Source: Squalus acanthias (Eukaryota). Taken from it: 64,000 bases of DNA. A program made the translations under genes and the position numbers. The notes below the pieces were generated by a model. It was given only the letters and a program-made list of their open reading frames with translations, was not told where the DNA came from and did not search any database. Location: contig CM059432.1 in NCBI GenBank assembly GCA_030390025.1, positions 107,386,001 to 107,450,000 of the forward strand. Direction: 5' to 3'. This document shows positions 1 through 12,700 of this stretch, piece by piece; position 1 is the stretch's first letter; each line of letters begins with the position of its first letter.

Positions 1-479
1 ACACGAAAGTTGCCGGTGTCACCGCTTCCACGGGTTAACTGCCGCCGAAAACGGTTGTGCCAGTAGGAGAGAAAAATTCGCACTGTGGGACTAAAGATTA
101 TTAGCCCAGTGCTAAACTGACCATGTAACACCCTCCTGGTGGCATTAGTCCAGGCATCAGTCCCAAATGAGGCATCCAGAAGCAGCATTGCATATTCCAA
201 CAGCCTCTGGAAGCAAGGCTATGATTTCACTAGGCATTGTGGGATATTAAAAGAGCAATGCATTGTCGTTTGCTTAAAATGGCAATGCCTTCTGAACTGA
301 TAAAAATAAAAATTAAGTTAAAAAATGCAGTTGTCAGCCCTTACAGCTCTACTGCCTTTAAAAAAAAAATTAGCATTTGAAAAAACATTCCCAAATGGGA
401 GCCTTCAGCTCTTAAAGCTATATTCCCTTCCGCACCTCAAAAAATGGGGAAAGTGCTACAGCACAAACACAAATGGCTT

Positions 480-2149
480 AGAAAGCCAGAGAAGGGGCAC
501 CCAGGGTCTTAGACGCAGTACTCCACAGCTTTGTGCAGGGGGTCAACACTGCAAGAGAGGTCCTCTGCCAGCAGTGTCGCCCCCACCACCTGGCTCCAGT
601 GCCCAAAGAAGCTTCATGACCTCAGACCAGTGGTCAAGGTCAGTGAATGCATCTTCAAAAGCCGTCTCCTACCAACTGAATCACTAGCCTCACACACTGC
701 TCAAAGCACCACACCCCCATCACTCACCTACCAACAATCTGTACCAAACACGAGGCACACCTCACCCCCTTGGAGGAGACGGTGCTGACCATTCTTGGCA
801 GGGGCATGGCTGAGCCCTTGGCCAGCGGCGGGGCTGAAAGGATACAAGATGCCGCTATCCTCATACGTTATCCTCCTTCTCGCATGCACCTCTTGCTTTC
901 CCACCCTCCCTTCACCACAACTCCACCTTTGTGCCTTCCTCATTTCACACACCTAAGAAATGCAGCCTGTCCAGCCCGTGGTTGACCAAGAGGGAGAGGA
1001 GAGTGAAGAAGAAGAAACACCGTCACTCAATTTCACATTCCCAGCCACCAGCTCTTCAAGGTCAACCAGCAAGGCCATTTGCAGTGTCCCCCACTGAAAA
1101 TCAGCAGCCTTCCACCAGCCATGCTGCAGCAACTGGGGTAGCACTGCGTGACATCGCTTGGATAGGCAAAGGCACACACAAGACAGTCACTAAGAGAATG
1201 CATAAGGGTGATAAGTTGATTCCTTGATGTTATATTGGATGGATAGATGTATAAAGTTGGATTGAAAAGTTTGCTTTGTGGTGGCTTTTATTTCAGCATT
1301 GTGGCCAAGAGGATGATGTGATGGTCAGTAAAAGAGGGAAGGTAAGGTGTGGGACAAATGTTGAAAGAGGAATTAGGGTTGTGGTCACTGGTACCGCAGG
1401 CGGATGATTCCATCCCGGATATCCCAGCCAGAAAGGGGCTGTCTGGGTTGCATCCTTCCTTCTTCCTCTTCTGCTTCTTCCTGTTCTGCGTCTTCCTCTT
1501 CCCTCTGTGAGCGGATGCTGTGAATCTGAAATAAAAGCATAAAATGCTGGAAATACTCAGCAGGTCAGGCAGCATCTTGACCTGAGACGTGAACTCTGTT
1601 TCTCTCTCTCGACGGATGTTGCCTGACCTGCTGAGTATTTCCAGCATTTTCCGTCTTCTCAGAGGCCTTCCTTTACCATCCGAGGCCTTGCAAGCATCCA
1701 GCAACATTCTTTGCCCTCCCTGCACACTTAAAAAACTTTTAACATGTATTGCAGCAAGCCACTATTTCAATAAAATCAAAAAAACAATCCAAAAGCTTAA
1801 ATGAAAACTTAGCTGAAAGGTATGTGTGTCCCTTTAAGAGGTGCTGACAACGCCACTGTGAGTCTGCTGAACGCTGTGTTTTCATGGTGAACTTAGGACC
1901 CAGTGTTGAACTCAGCACTAAGGTCCAAGTTTGCCGAGGTGACGTTAAGTCGGTGTTTTACGTCGACTGACGTCACCCTCTCCCTAATTTAAATTCCAAC
2001 AGCCAGCGCTTTTACCAGCAGCGCTGCCGGCCCTCGGAAAATGGCAGACGTCACGGGACCCGCCACCAGCTGGTGAAAGAGCGGCGGCGCCGTGTTTTTG
2101 CAATATTTTGCCGGTAACGGGTGGCATTAACCACCCAAACTTTTAGCCC
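480..2149 (+). mobile_element. Degenerate PIF/Harbinger-like DNA transposon remnant with a Myb/SANT-like fragment
   Basis: At ~560-640 the translation SASSVAPTTWLQCPKKLHDLRPVVK resembles the trihelix Myb/SANT motif of Harbinger ORFs and is followed by a gtcagt donor. The GC-rich end terminates in ttttagccc (~2149), like the TIR ends of other transposons here. Boundaries approximate. Confidence 0.45.
1523..1650. mobile_element. Inverted pair of Penelope-like terminal fragments
   Basis: 1541-1576 (aaaatgctggaaatactcagcaggtcaggcagcatc) is the reverse complement of 1615-1650 with 1 mismatch. Same family as 39770-39870 and 42821-42913. Confidence 0.7.
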
Positions 2150-4142
2150 TTTATTTCTTCGTTTCCAGCCAATAATATTCTACATTTATATATCGTGACC
2201 CCTGAAGCTTTTACAGCCACCCTGGTTATTTCCTTAGATTTTCATCTTTGCAAAATGCACATTTGTTTAAAACAAATTCTGACTGGCAGTTGTAGAGTGG
2301 GGAATGGTTTGGTTTCCAGTGCTACCTTGTGCTGATACCACAGCAGTTTAACTAGTGGTTTCCTAAGGTTATGTCAAAGAAAACATTCAGGTTTGTTGTT
2401 AACTCAAAGACTGTTTTAATTTCCAGACCCTCGAGACTATTCCATCAAAGAATAACAAAAGCAATACAAGAGTGGCCTCGAAGTGCAATTACTACCATAT
2501 CCCATCAGAAGGCCACCTAAGTGTTCAGTTAACAATATGCATTACCAGACCTACCACCCGTGACACTAAATGTGGCAAAAGGCTGCAGGACTGAGCTTCA
2601 GGCTGAGACTGGAATCTCTGCTATCACACTGTTAACATGGGATGCTCTTGGCTTTTAAAACCCTTCCTCTACAATCAAACTGATCAAACTAAGCATCCAA
2701 CAGCCAAGACACTGCAGCTGTGTGTTGGCCACATTCCTCAGGTAGGCTTAACGTAGTCCAGAAAGATCTTGTCAATAAAGCAAAGCAGACTGTGATACCT
2801 TTTACTGTTTTTGAACATCAGCAAAATGGGTGCAACATCCAGGCTGCGCCCACAGAGAACACTCCAGACCTTAGATCCACTAGATATTGGTTCCCTGATT
2901 GGTTCAGGGGCCCCCACACAATTGCACGGTCCTAACGCCACCCCTGGGGCAGGCTTTGGGCAGTCAGCGGGAAGAGCGTCGTGCCACCCACCTGTAGTCC
3001 ATGCCGAGAGGCCTGAGCCATTCTGAGGACTCGTTTCAATATAGCCGGCGAGACGCGAACACTGTTCTGGTTCTAACGGGCAAGCTGGAGATGGGGGGCC
3101 ACTGGCTCCGACACTAATTTGAGCCTGAAATTTATTCTGATTGGGGCGGGGTGGGGGATAGGTGGGAGGATGCAATCATGAGGAGTGGGAGTGCGGATGG
3201 GCTGGCAGTGTAACTCCCTCCGCAACGTACCTTTTCCGAAGTGTTCTACACTAGTCTCTATAAGGACTGCTGGTTAGGCGGCTCAATGCCTGGTGTCTAT
3301 GGGTGGAGCGTGCATGGTGCATGATACACTCATTGGTACCTCAAAATTGTATCAGGGTTCCATATATGACATAGGGCCCCTTAATTAATGAATTACAAAT
3401 ATGCTTCCACCTGAAACAGGCTGGCACCTGGACACATGGCTGCACGATCACACCAATAAACCCAAGGACCCAAGGACCATGGTGTATGACTGTATCAGTA
3501 ATAAGGAAAACACCAACAGCAGCAGCTAAAATCAAGGAATGGGGGCTAAGTTGGTACAAACATACAACCACTTGCCTGTGAGCGTCATCCTTTTCTAGCC
3601 ATCTGGAAAGGATAAAGATCTTGGAATTGGCCCTTCGCCCATTCATGGTGAGCTTGCGGGAAATCTCTCTTGTTGCTCACTCAGTGCATGAAACTGACAA
3701 TTCACTTCCGCCCTTGGTCAAACCCAAGCAATAAAAGCCGTTGCTTCCAGACTAAAATTTAGCAGAGATTTTCGGCAGAAAACTTTAGTTCCCCCAAAAG
3801 CATCTGTTCTCAATCACGTCCCTGTTTTTCACATTTGCTGGGCAGAATGGTGCTGATTCTCTGCTCAAAGCTCACACGATGCTTATCAACTTTATAGCTT
3901 CCTACTGTGCAGGTTACCCAGGAGTCCTCATCTGCCCGCTTTGAGGTTAGCTGTTATTCTCACAGGCAACCTAAAATTCACTGCTTAGCTAGCTCCTGAT
4001 CGGCTCTCAGTATGGAGACAGGATCACAGGTAAAGCACTGAAAAGTTGTTTAACTTAACAAAAGGCTGGGATTATACAGTCAGCCCTCAGCAAGAGGATA
4101 TTAAATGTTGCTGTTTATATCTGATAGCCGATGTTGGCAGTT

Positions 4143-4597
4143 GGTGTCAGCCAACAGTAGTAGTACTCTCGACTCGGAGTCAAAAGGTTGTGTGTTCAAG
4201 CCGCACGCCAGAGACTTGAGCACATAATCTAGGCTGACATTTCAGTCCAGTACTGCACTGTTCGAGGTGCCGTCTTTTGGATGAGATGTTGTACCGAGGC
4301 CCCATCTGCCCTCTTAGGTGGACATAAAAGATCTTATGGCATTATTTGAAGAACAGGGGAGTTCTCCTCAGTGTCTTGGCCAACATTTATCGCTCAACCA
4401 ATGTCAGTTAATATACTGCTGTTCATTATCTCGTGTTGGACAATTCACACTGCTGTTTGTGGGACTTTGCTGTGCACAAACTGGCTACTGCATTTCCTAC
4501 ATTACAACAGTGACTACACTTCAAAAAGTACTTAATTGGCTGTAAAGTGCTTTGGGACGTCTTGCGGTTATGAAAAGCGCTATATAAATGTAAGTTT
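4143..4597 (+). mobile_element. tRNA-derived Deu-domain SINE with L2-type tail
   Basis: B-box-like gttcaagcc, Deu-like core gaagaacaggggagttctcc...ggccaacatttat, tail gcgctatataaatgtaagtt. Several copies in the window. Confidence 0.75.
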
Positions 4598-5574
4598 GTC
4601 CTTTCTAAGGCCTCAAGGCTGTCCATTTTTCTGTAGCCAGTTATCCTCCTTCAATAAAACTCAGTCTGTTGCCTGTGATTTTTTTTTTCCTCTCACCAAT
4701 TTTCTCCATCAAATCTTTCCCCTCCACCCAGCGTCTGAAGTCGTTACTGGGATACAGTTGCACGACTGCCAATCCGCAGCTGCTACCAAGTGACCACTAT
4801 TCATGGGTGAGCCTCAACGATGAGCGTTTGCAGTTTGTTCAACCGCAGGGGAACATCACGGCCGAGCCCAGTGCTGCCCTCAGCTGATGCCCGTACACAC
4901 GCACTTCCACCAGGAGTCACTGGCATGGCTGGAGGCAAGCACACACCATTCATGTCATGCCGTACAGTTTTATTCTTCACAGGTTACTGGGGCAGGGTTG
5001 TCCGAGCTAAAGCCTGCTTGGGCCCACGTCTTTTGTTCTGCAGCAGCACTGACAGTGGAGGGTGAAGGAAAACTAATACGAGAATCAACCCCCTCATTAA
5101 ATTCATACTGGGTGCAACTAAAGCAGAGCATTTCACTGTACCTGACTGCAGATTATCGTTAACGCTGCCAGGCAAATTTTCCGAGTCCTCGCCCCATGAA
5201 CGTAGATTGGGAAATCCACTCTTACACCTTCACCAACACTACTTTTCATTCATCAAATGGCATTATTTATACCAATGGAGCTTGATCAGTTTCTGTGGTG
5301 GGCTGGGGAGGATTGGGAAGAGTGCGAACAGAACAAGTCAGTGATCTCTCTGCATTTCAATCAACTGCAAGGCTCAACTGTTGTATTGGCAGGCCGAGCT
5401 GAGCCTCAGGCTATTCTGTTTGCATGCCTTCCATAGTCCCCAGACTACCAGTGATACTGATCAAACTGCCTCGCTTTAAATAGCACTGATGTGGAGATGC
5501 CGGTGTTGGACTGGGGTGGACAAATGTGAGAAGTCGCACAACACCAGGTTATAGTCCAACAGTTTTATTTGAAA

Positions 5575-5611
5575 TCACAAGCTTTCGGAGCACTGCTCCT
5601 TCATCAGGTGA
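5575..5611 (-). ncRNA. Minimal type I hammerhead ribozyme motif (Penelope type)
   Basis: Minus strand UCAC CUGAUGA A GGAGC AGU GCUCC GAAA GC UU GUGA: core CUGANGA/GAAA, 5-bp stem II, 4-bp stem I, palindromic AGCU in place of stem III. Confidence 0.75.
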
Positions 5612-5645
5612 CCTGACGAAGGAGCAGCGCTCCGAAAGCTTGTGA
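5611..5645 (+). ncRNA. Minimal type I hammerhead ribozyme motif with shortened stem I
   Basis: AC CUGACGA A GGAGC AGC GCUCC GAAA GC UU GUGA. Confidence 0.65.
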
Positions 5646-6004
5646 TTTCAAATAAAACTGTTGGACTTAAACCTGGTGTTGTGCGACTTCTCACATTAAA
5701 TAGCACTGTGTGATCACAGAGTCGTAGAATAGTATAGCACAGAAGGAGGACATTCGGCACATCAAGTCTGCACTGGCTTTTTCAAAAAGCAATCAAGTTA
5801 GTCCCAGTTCCTCTGATATCTATGAAAATATAATATTGACCAAGTAGAACCAAATCTGTTGCTCCGAATTTTTCATCAGATTATTCCACCTTACTCAACC
5901 TTCTTTGAATCCAAAGGAGTATCGATGACAATGAGTAAGGGAATAGTTACCAGTGAGTGGGGTTTGAGGCAGAGACACGCAGACAAGGAGTTGGATAAAG
6001 AGTA

Positions 6005-6460
6005 AGAAAGAAATAATTTGCATTTATATAGTGCCTTTCACGTGCTCAGGACGTCCCAAAGCGCTTCGCAGCCTTTTGAAGTACAGTCACTGTTGTAAAT
6101 TGGAGAAGCACAGCAGCCAATTTCCACACAGCAGGGCCCCTCAAACAGCAACGAGTTAACTGACCAGATCATTGTTTTTTTAGTGATGTTGGTTGAGGGA
6201 TAAATATTGGCCAGGACACCCGAGAACTCCCCTGTTCTTCTTTGAATAGTGCCGTGGGATTTTTTACATCCACCTGAGAGAACAGACAGGGCCTCGGTTT
6301 AACCTCTCATCCGAAAGACGGCACCTCCAACAGTGCCGAAGAAGAGAGACTCCCTCAATGCTGCACTGCAGTGCCGGTCTAGATTTTGGCTCAAGTCTTT
6401 GGAGTGGGAATTGAACCCATGTCCTTCTGACTCAGAGGAGAGTGCTACCACTGAGCTAAA
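6005..6460 (-). mobile_element. tRNA-derived Deu-domain SINE
   Basis: Reverse-complement homologue of 4143-4597, with B box (ttgaacc on +), Deu core and L2-like tail. Confidence 0.75.
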
Positions 6461-6697
6461 GGCAACAAAGGCACAGACACAGACACCGATTGCGTTGGAG
6501 AAGGCGAGATCTAGAACATGGGGATTGATTTCCAACATCTGTCTGAAAAATTTGAAAAACAGTCAGTGACTCTTGCCAATTTTTTTGCACATTTGGAAAG
6601 AGCAATATTCCGAGAACAATACAGGGGTATCTGTAATTTTGTTACTGAATTCTTCTACACTGCAAGATATTGAATTGGTGGAATACAGCGTTTGCTG

Positions 6698-6711
6698 CCA
6701 CCAGAGGGAGC
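6698..6711 (+). promoter_or_regulatory. CTCF-like binding motif
   Basis: CCACCAGAGGGAGC is a close match to the CTCF core consensus. Motif match only. Confidence 0.4.
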
Positions 6712-9700
6712 TCTGTCCAGATAGTTAGTGAGGCTCGAACTCGGGCAAAATCCAGCCCGCGAGCGGGATCCGGCTGAGTCAGGGTGCCTGCGGCCTGGGA
6801 GCATTCTGTGACCCTGGACCGCGGCATGAAAAATAAATAAAGCTGCTAGGACTGCAGCAAATGTCTGGTGCAGATCTGCTTCCCCCTTTGTGTCTCGGAG
6901 CCGACCTAACGTCTGTCTGCGGCTCTCTCCCGCTCGAACTCCTTCAACCACCTTTCAAAACCCCGCCAGATCCACCACTCATCGCTGGCTACTGGGGGGC
7001 TGCTGCCCGTCAACTCATGGCTGCTCCTCCCGAGGGCTCTTTCACCGAATAGGAGACCAGGGCTGTATCCTTCCTCTCCCCTGAACTCACCCCACACTGA
7101 GCCCCGAACTCACCCCACACTCCTAGCCCTGAACTCACCCCACACTGAGCCCCGAACTCACCCCACAGTCCGAGCCCCGAACTCACCCCACACTGAGCCC
7201 CGAACTCACCCCACACTGAGCCCCGAACTCACCCCACAGTCCGAGCCCCGAACTCACCCCACACTGAGCCCCGAACTCACCCCACACTGAGCCCTGAACT
7301 CACCCCACACTCCCAGCCCTGAACTCACCCCACACTCCGAGCCCCGAACTCACCCCACACTGAGCCCCGAACTCACCCCACAGTCCGAGCCCCGAACTCA
7401 CCCCACACTCCGAGCCCCGAACTCACCCCACACTGAGCCCCGAACTCACCCCACAGTCCGAGCCCCGAACTCACCCCACACTCCGAGCCCCGAACTCACC
7501 CCACACTCCGAGCCCCGAACTCACCCCACACTGAGCCCCGAACTCACCCCACACTGAGCCCCGAACTCACCCCACACTCCCAGCCCCGAACTCACCCCAC
7601 ACTGAGCCCCGAACTCACCCCACACTCCCAGCCCTGAACTCACCCCACAGTCCGAGCCCCGAACTCACCCCACACTGAGCCCCGAACTCACCCCACACTC
7701 CGAGCCCCGAACTCACCCCACACTCCGAGCCCCGAACTCACCCCACACTCCGAGCCCCGAACTCACCCCACACTCCGAGCCCCGAACTCACCCCACACTC
7801 CTAGCCCTGAACTCACCCCACACTGAGCCCCGAACTCACCCCACACTCCTAGCCCTGAACTCACCCCACACTGAGCCCCGAACTCACCCCACAGTCCGAG
7901 CCCCGAACTCACCCCACACTGAGCCCCGAACTCACCCCACACTGAGCCCCGAACTCACCCCACAGTCCGAGCCCCGAACTCACCCCACACTGAGCCCCGA
8001 ACTCACCCCACACTGAGCCCTGAACTCACCCCACACTCCCAGCCCTGAACTCACCCCACACTCCGAGCCCCGAACTCACCCCACACTGAGCCCCGAACTC
8101 ACCCCACAGTCCGAGCCCCGAACTCACCCCACAGTCCGAGCCCCGAACTCACCCCACACTCCGAGCCCCGAACTCACCCCACACTGAGCCCCGAACTCAC
8201 CCCACAGTCCGAGCCCCGAACTCACCCCACACTCCCAGCCCCGAACTCACCCCACACTGAGCCCCGAACTCACCCCACACTGAGCCCCGAACTCACCCCA
8301 CACTCCCAGCCCCGAACTCACCCCACACTGAGCCCCGAACTCACCCCACACTCCAGCCCTGAACTCACCCCACAGTCCGAGCCCCGAACTCACCCCACAC
8401 TGAGCCCCGAACTCACCCCACACTCCGAGCCCCGAACTCACCCCACACTCCGAGCCCCGAACTCACCCCACACTCCGAGCCCCGAACTCACCCCACACTC
8501 CGAGCCCCGAACTCACCCCACACTCCTAGCCCTGAACTCACCCCACACTCCTAGCCCCGAACTCACCCCACACTCCTAGCCCCGAACTCACCCCACACTC
8601 CTAGCCCTGAACTCACCCCACACTCCTAGCCCTGAACTCACCCCACACTCCTAGCCCCGAACTCACCCCACACTCCAAGCCCTGAACTCACCCCACACTC
8701 CTAGCCCTGAACTCACCCCACACTCCGAGCCCAGAACTCACCCCACACTCCTAGCCCCGAACTCACCCCACACTCCTAGCCCTGAACTCACCCCACACTC
8801 CGAGCCCTGAACTCACCCCACACTCCTAGCCCCGAACTCACCCCACACTCCTAGCCCTGAACTCACCCCACACTCCGAGCCCAGAACTCACCCCACACTC
8901 CTAGCCCCGAACTCACCCCACACTCCTAGCCCTGAACTCACCCCACACTCCTAGCCCTGAACTCACCCCACAGTCCGAGCCCCGAACTCACCCCACACTC
9001 CTAGCCCTGAACTCACCCCACACTCCGAGCCCCGAACTCACCCCACACTCCTAGCCCTGAACTCACCCCACAGTCCGAGCCCTGAACTCACCCCACACTC
9101 CCAGCCCCGAACTCACCCCACACTCCGAGCCCCGAACTCACCCCACAGTCCGAGCCCCGAACTCACCCCACACTGAGCCCCGAACTCACCCCACACTCCG
9201 AGCCCCGAACTCACCCCACACTCCGAGCCCTGAACTCACCCCACAGTCCGAGCCCCGAACTCACCCCACACTCCGAGCCCCGAACTCACCCCACACTCCT
9301 AGCCCTGAACTCACCCCACACTGAGCCCCGAACTCACCCCACACTCCTAGCCCTGAACTCACCCCACACTCCTAGCCCCGAACTCACCCCACACTCCTAG
9401 CCCCGAACTCACCCCACACTCCTAGCCCCGAACTCAAACCACACTCCGAGCCCCGAACTCACCCCACACTCCGAGCCCTGAACTCACCCCACACTCCTAG
9501 CCCTGAACTCACCCCACACTCCGAGCCCTGAACTCACCCCACACTCCGAGCATGAATTCACCCCACACTCCGAGCCCTGAACTCACCCCACACTCCGAGC
9601 CCTGAACTCACCCCACACTCCTCTCCCCGAACTCACCCCACACTCCGAGCCCTGAACTCACCCCACACACCTCTCCCTGAACTCACACCACACTGAGCCC

Positions 9701-12700
9701 CGAACTCACCCCACACTCCTAGCCCTGAACTCACCCCACACTCCGAGCACCGAACACACCCCACACTCCGAGCCCTGATCTCACCCCACACTCCTAGCCC
9801 CGAACTCACCCCACACTCCCAGCCCCGAACTCACCCCACACTCCTAGCCCCGAACTCACCCCACACTCCTAGCCCCGAACTCACCCCACACTCCGAGCCC
9901 CGAACTCACCCCACACTCCGAGCCCCGAACTCACCCCACACTCCGAGCCCCGAACTCACCCCACAGTCCGAGCCCCGAACTCACCCCACACTCCGAGCCC
10001 CGAACTCACCCCACACTGAGCCCTGAACTCATCCTAAACTCCGAGCCCCGAACTCACCCCACACTCCGAGCCCTGAACTCACCCCATACTGAGCCACGAA
10101 CTCACCCCACACTGAGCCCCGAACTCACCCCACACTCCGAGCCCCGAACTCACCCCACACTGAGCCCTGAACTCACCCCACACTCCGAGCCCAGAACTCA
10201 CCCCACACTCCGAGCCCTGATCTCACCCCACACTCCCAGCCCTGAACTCACCCCACACTCCGAGCCCTGAACTCACCCCACACTGAGCCCTGAACTCACC
10301 CCACACTCCGAGCCCAGAACTCACCCCACACTCCTAGCCCTGAACGCACCCCACACTCCGAGCCCTGAACTCACCCCACACTCCTCGCCCTGAACTCACC
10401 CTACACTCCAAGCCCTGAACTCACACCACACTGAGCCCCGAACTCACCCCACACTCCGAGCACCGAACTCACCCCACACTGAGCCCTGAACTCACCCCAC
10501 ACTCCGAGCCCAGAACTCACCCCACACTCCGAGCCCAGAACTCACCCCACACTCCCAGCCCTGAACTCACCCCACACTCCGCGCCCTGAACTCTCCCCAC
10601 ACTCCTAGCCCCGAACTCACCCCACACTCCGAGCCCGGAAATCACCCCACACTCCGCGCCCCGAACTCACCCCACACTCCGAGCCCTGAACTCACCCCAC
10701 ACTCCGAGCCCTGAACTCACCCCACACTGAGCCCTGAACTCACCCCACACTCCGAGCCCTGAACGCACCCCACACTCCGAGCCCTGGACTCGCCCCACAC
10801 TCCCAGCCCTGAACTCACCCCACACCCCGAGCCCTGAACTCACCCCACAGTCCGAGCCCCGAACTCACCCCACACTCCTAGCCCTGAACTCACCCCACAG
10901 TCCGAGCCCTGAACTCACCCCACACTCCCAGCCCCGAACTCACCCCACACTCCGAGCCCCGAACTCACCCCACAGTCCGAGCCCCGAACTCACCCCACAC
11001 TCCTAACCCTGAACTCACCCCACACTCCGAGCCCCGAACTCACCCCACACTGAGCCCCGAACTCACCCCACACTCCGAGCCCCGAACTCACCCCACACTC
11101 CGAGCCCTGAACTCACCCCACAGTCCGAGCCCCGAACTCACCCCACACTCCGAGCCCCGAACTCACCCCACACTCCTAGCCCTGAACTCACCCCACACTG
11201 AGCCCCGAACTCACCCCACACTCCTAGCCCTGAACTCACCCCACACTCCTAGCCCCGAACTCACCCCACACTCCTAGCCCCGAACTCACCCCACACTCCT
11301 AGCCCCGAACTCAAACCACACTCCGAGCCCCGAACTCACCCCACACTCCGAGCCCTGAACTCACCCCACACTCCTAGCCCTGAACTCACCCCACACTCCG
11401 AGCCCTGAACTCACCCCACACTCCGAGCATGAATTCACCCCACACTCCGAGCCCTGAACTCACCCCACACTCCGAGCCCTGAACTCACCCCACACTCCTC
11501 TCCCCGAACTCACCCCACACTCCGAGCCCTGAACTCACCCCACACACCTCTCCCTGAACTCACACCACACTGAGCCCCGAACTCACCCCACACTCCTAGC
11601 CCTGAACTCACCCCACACTCCGAGCACCGAACACACCCCACACTCCGAGCCCTGATCTCACCCCACACTCCTAGCCCCGAACTCACCCCACACTCCCAGC
11701 CCCGAACTCACCCCACACTCCTAGCCCCGAACTCACCCCACACTCCTAGCCCCGAACTCACCCCACACTCCGAGCCCCGAACTCACCCCACACTCCCAGC
11801 CCCGAACTCACCCCACAGTCCGAGCCCCGAACTCACCCCACAATCCGAGCCCCGAACTCACCCCACACTGAGCCCTGAACTCATCCTAAACTCCGAGCCC
11901 CGAACTCACCCCACACTCCGAGCCCTGAACTCACCCCATACTGAGCCACGAACTCACCCCACACTGAGCCCCGAACTCACCCCACACTCCGAGCCCCGAA
12001 CTCACCCCACACTGAGCCCTGAACTCACCCCACACTCCGAGCCCAGAACTCACCCCACACTGAGCCCTGGACTCGCCCCACACTCCCAGCCCTGAACTCA
12101 CCCCACACCCCGAGCCCTGAACTCACCCCACAGTCCGAGCCCCGAACTCACCCCACACTCCTAGCCCTGAACTCACCCCACAGTCCGAGCCCTGAACTCA
12201 CCCCACACTCCCAGCCCCGAACTCACCCCACACTCCTAGCCCCGAACTCACCCCACACTCCCAGCCCTGAACTCACCCCACACTCCGAGCCCCGAACACA
12301 CCCCACACTCCGAGCCCTGATCTCACCCCACACTCCCAGCCCTGAACTCACCCCACACTCCGAGCCCTGAACTCACCCCACACTGAGCCCTGAACTCACC
12401 CCACACTCCGAGCCCAGAACTCACCCCACACTCCTAGCCCTGAACGCACCCCACACTCCGAGCCCTGAACTCACCCCACACTCCTCGCCCTGAACTCACC
12501 CTACACTCCAAGCCCTGAACTCACACCACACTGAGCCCCGAACTCACCCCACACTCCGAGCACCGAACTCACCCCACACTGAGCCCTGAACTCACCCCAC
12601 ACTCCGAGCCCAGAACTCACCCCACACTCCGAGCCCAGAACTCACCCCACACTCCCAGCCCTGAACTCACCCCACACTCCGCGCCCTGAACTCTCCCCAC

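Larger units (their letters stand above)
5489..5695. mobile_element. Palindromic Penelope-like terminal insertion with two hammerhead motifs and a 13-bp TSD
   Basis: Inverted arms 5523-5609 and 5611-5697. TTAAATAGCACTG occurs at 5476-5488 and 5696-5708. Confidence 0.85.

Noticed and set aside
3335..3410. Minus-strand segment bounded by ttcag and gtacc (possible next exon)
   Set aside because: All three frames contain stops.
4143..4215. tRNA gene
   Set aside because: It is the decayed tRNA-derived head of a SINE, without a full cloverleaf.
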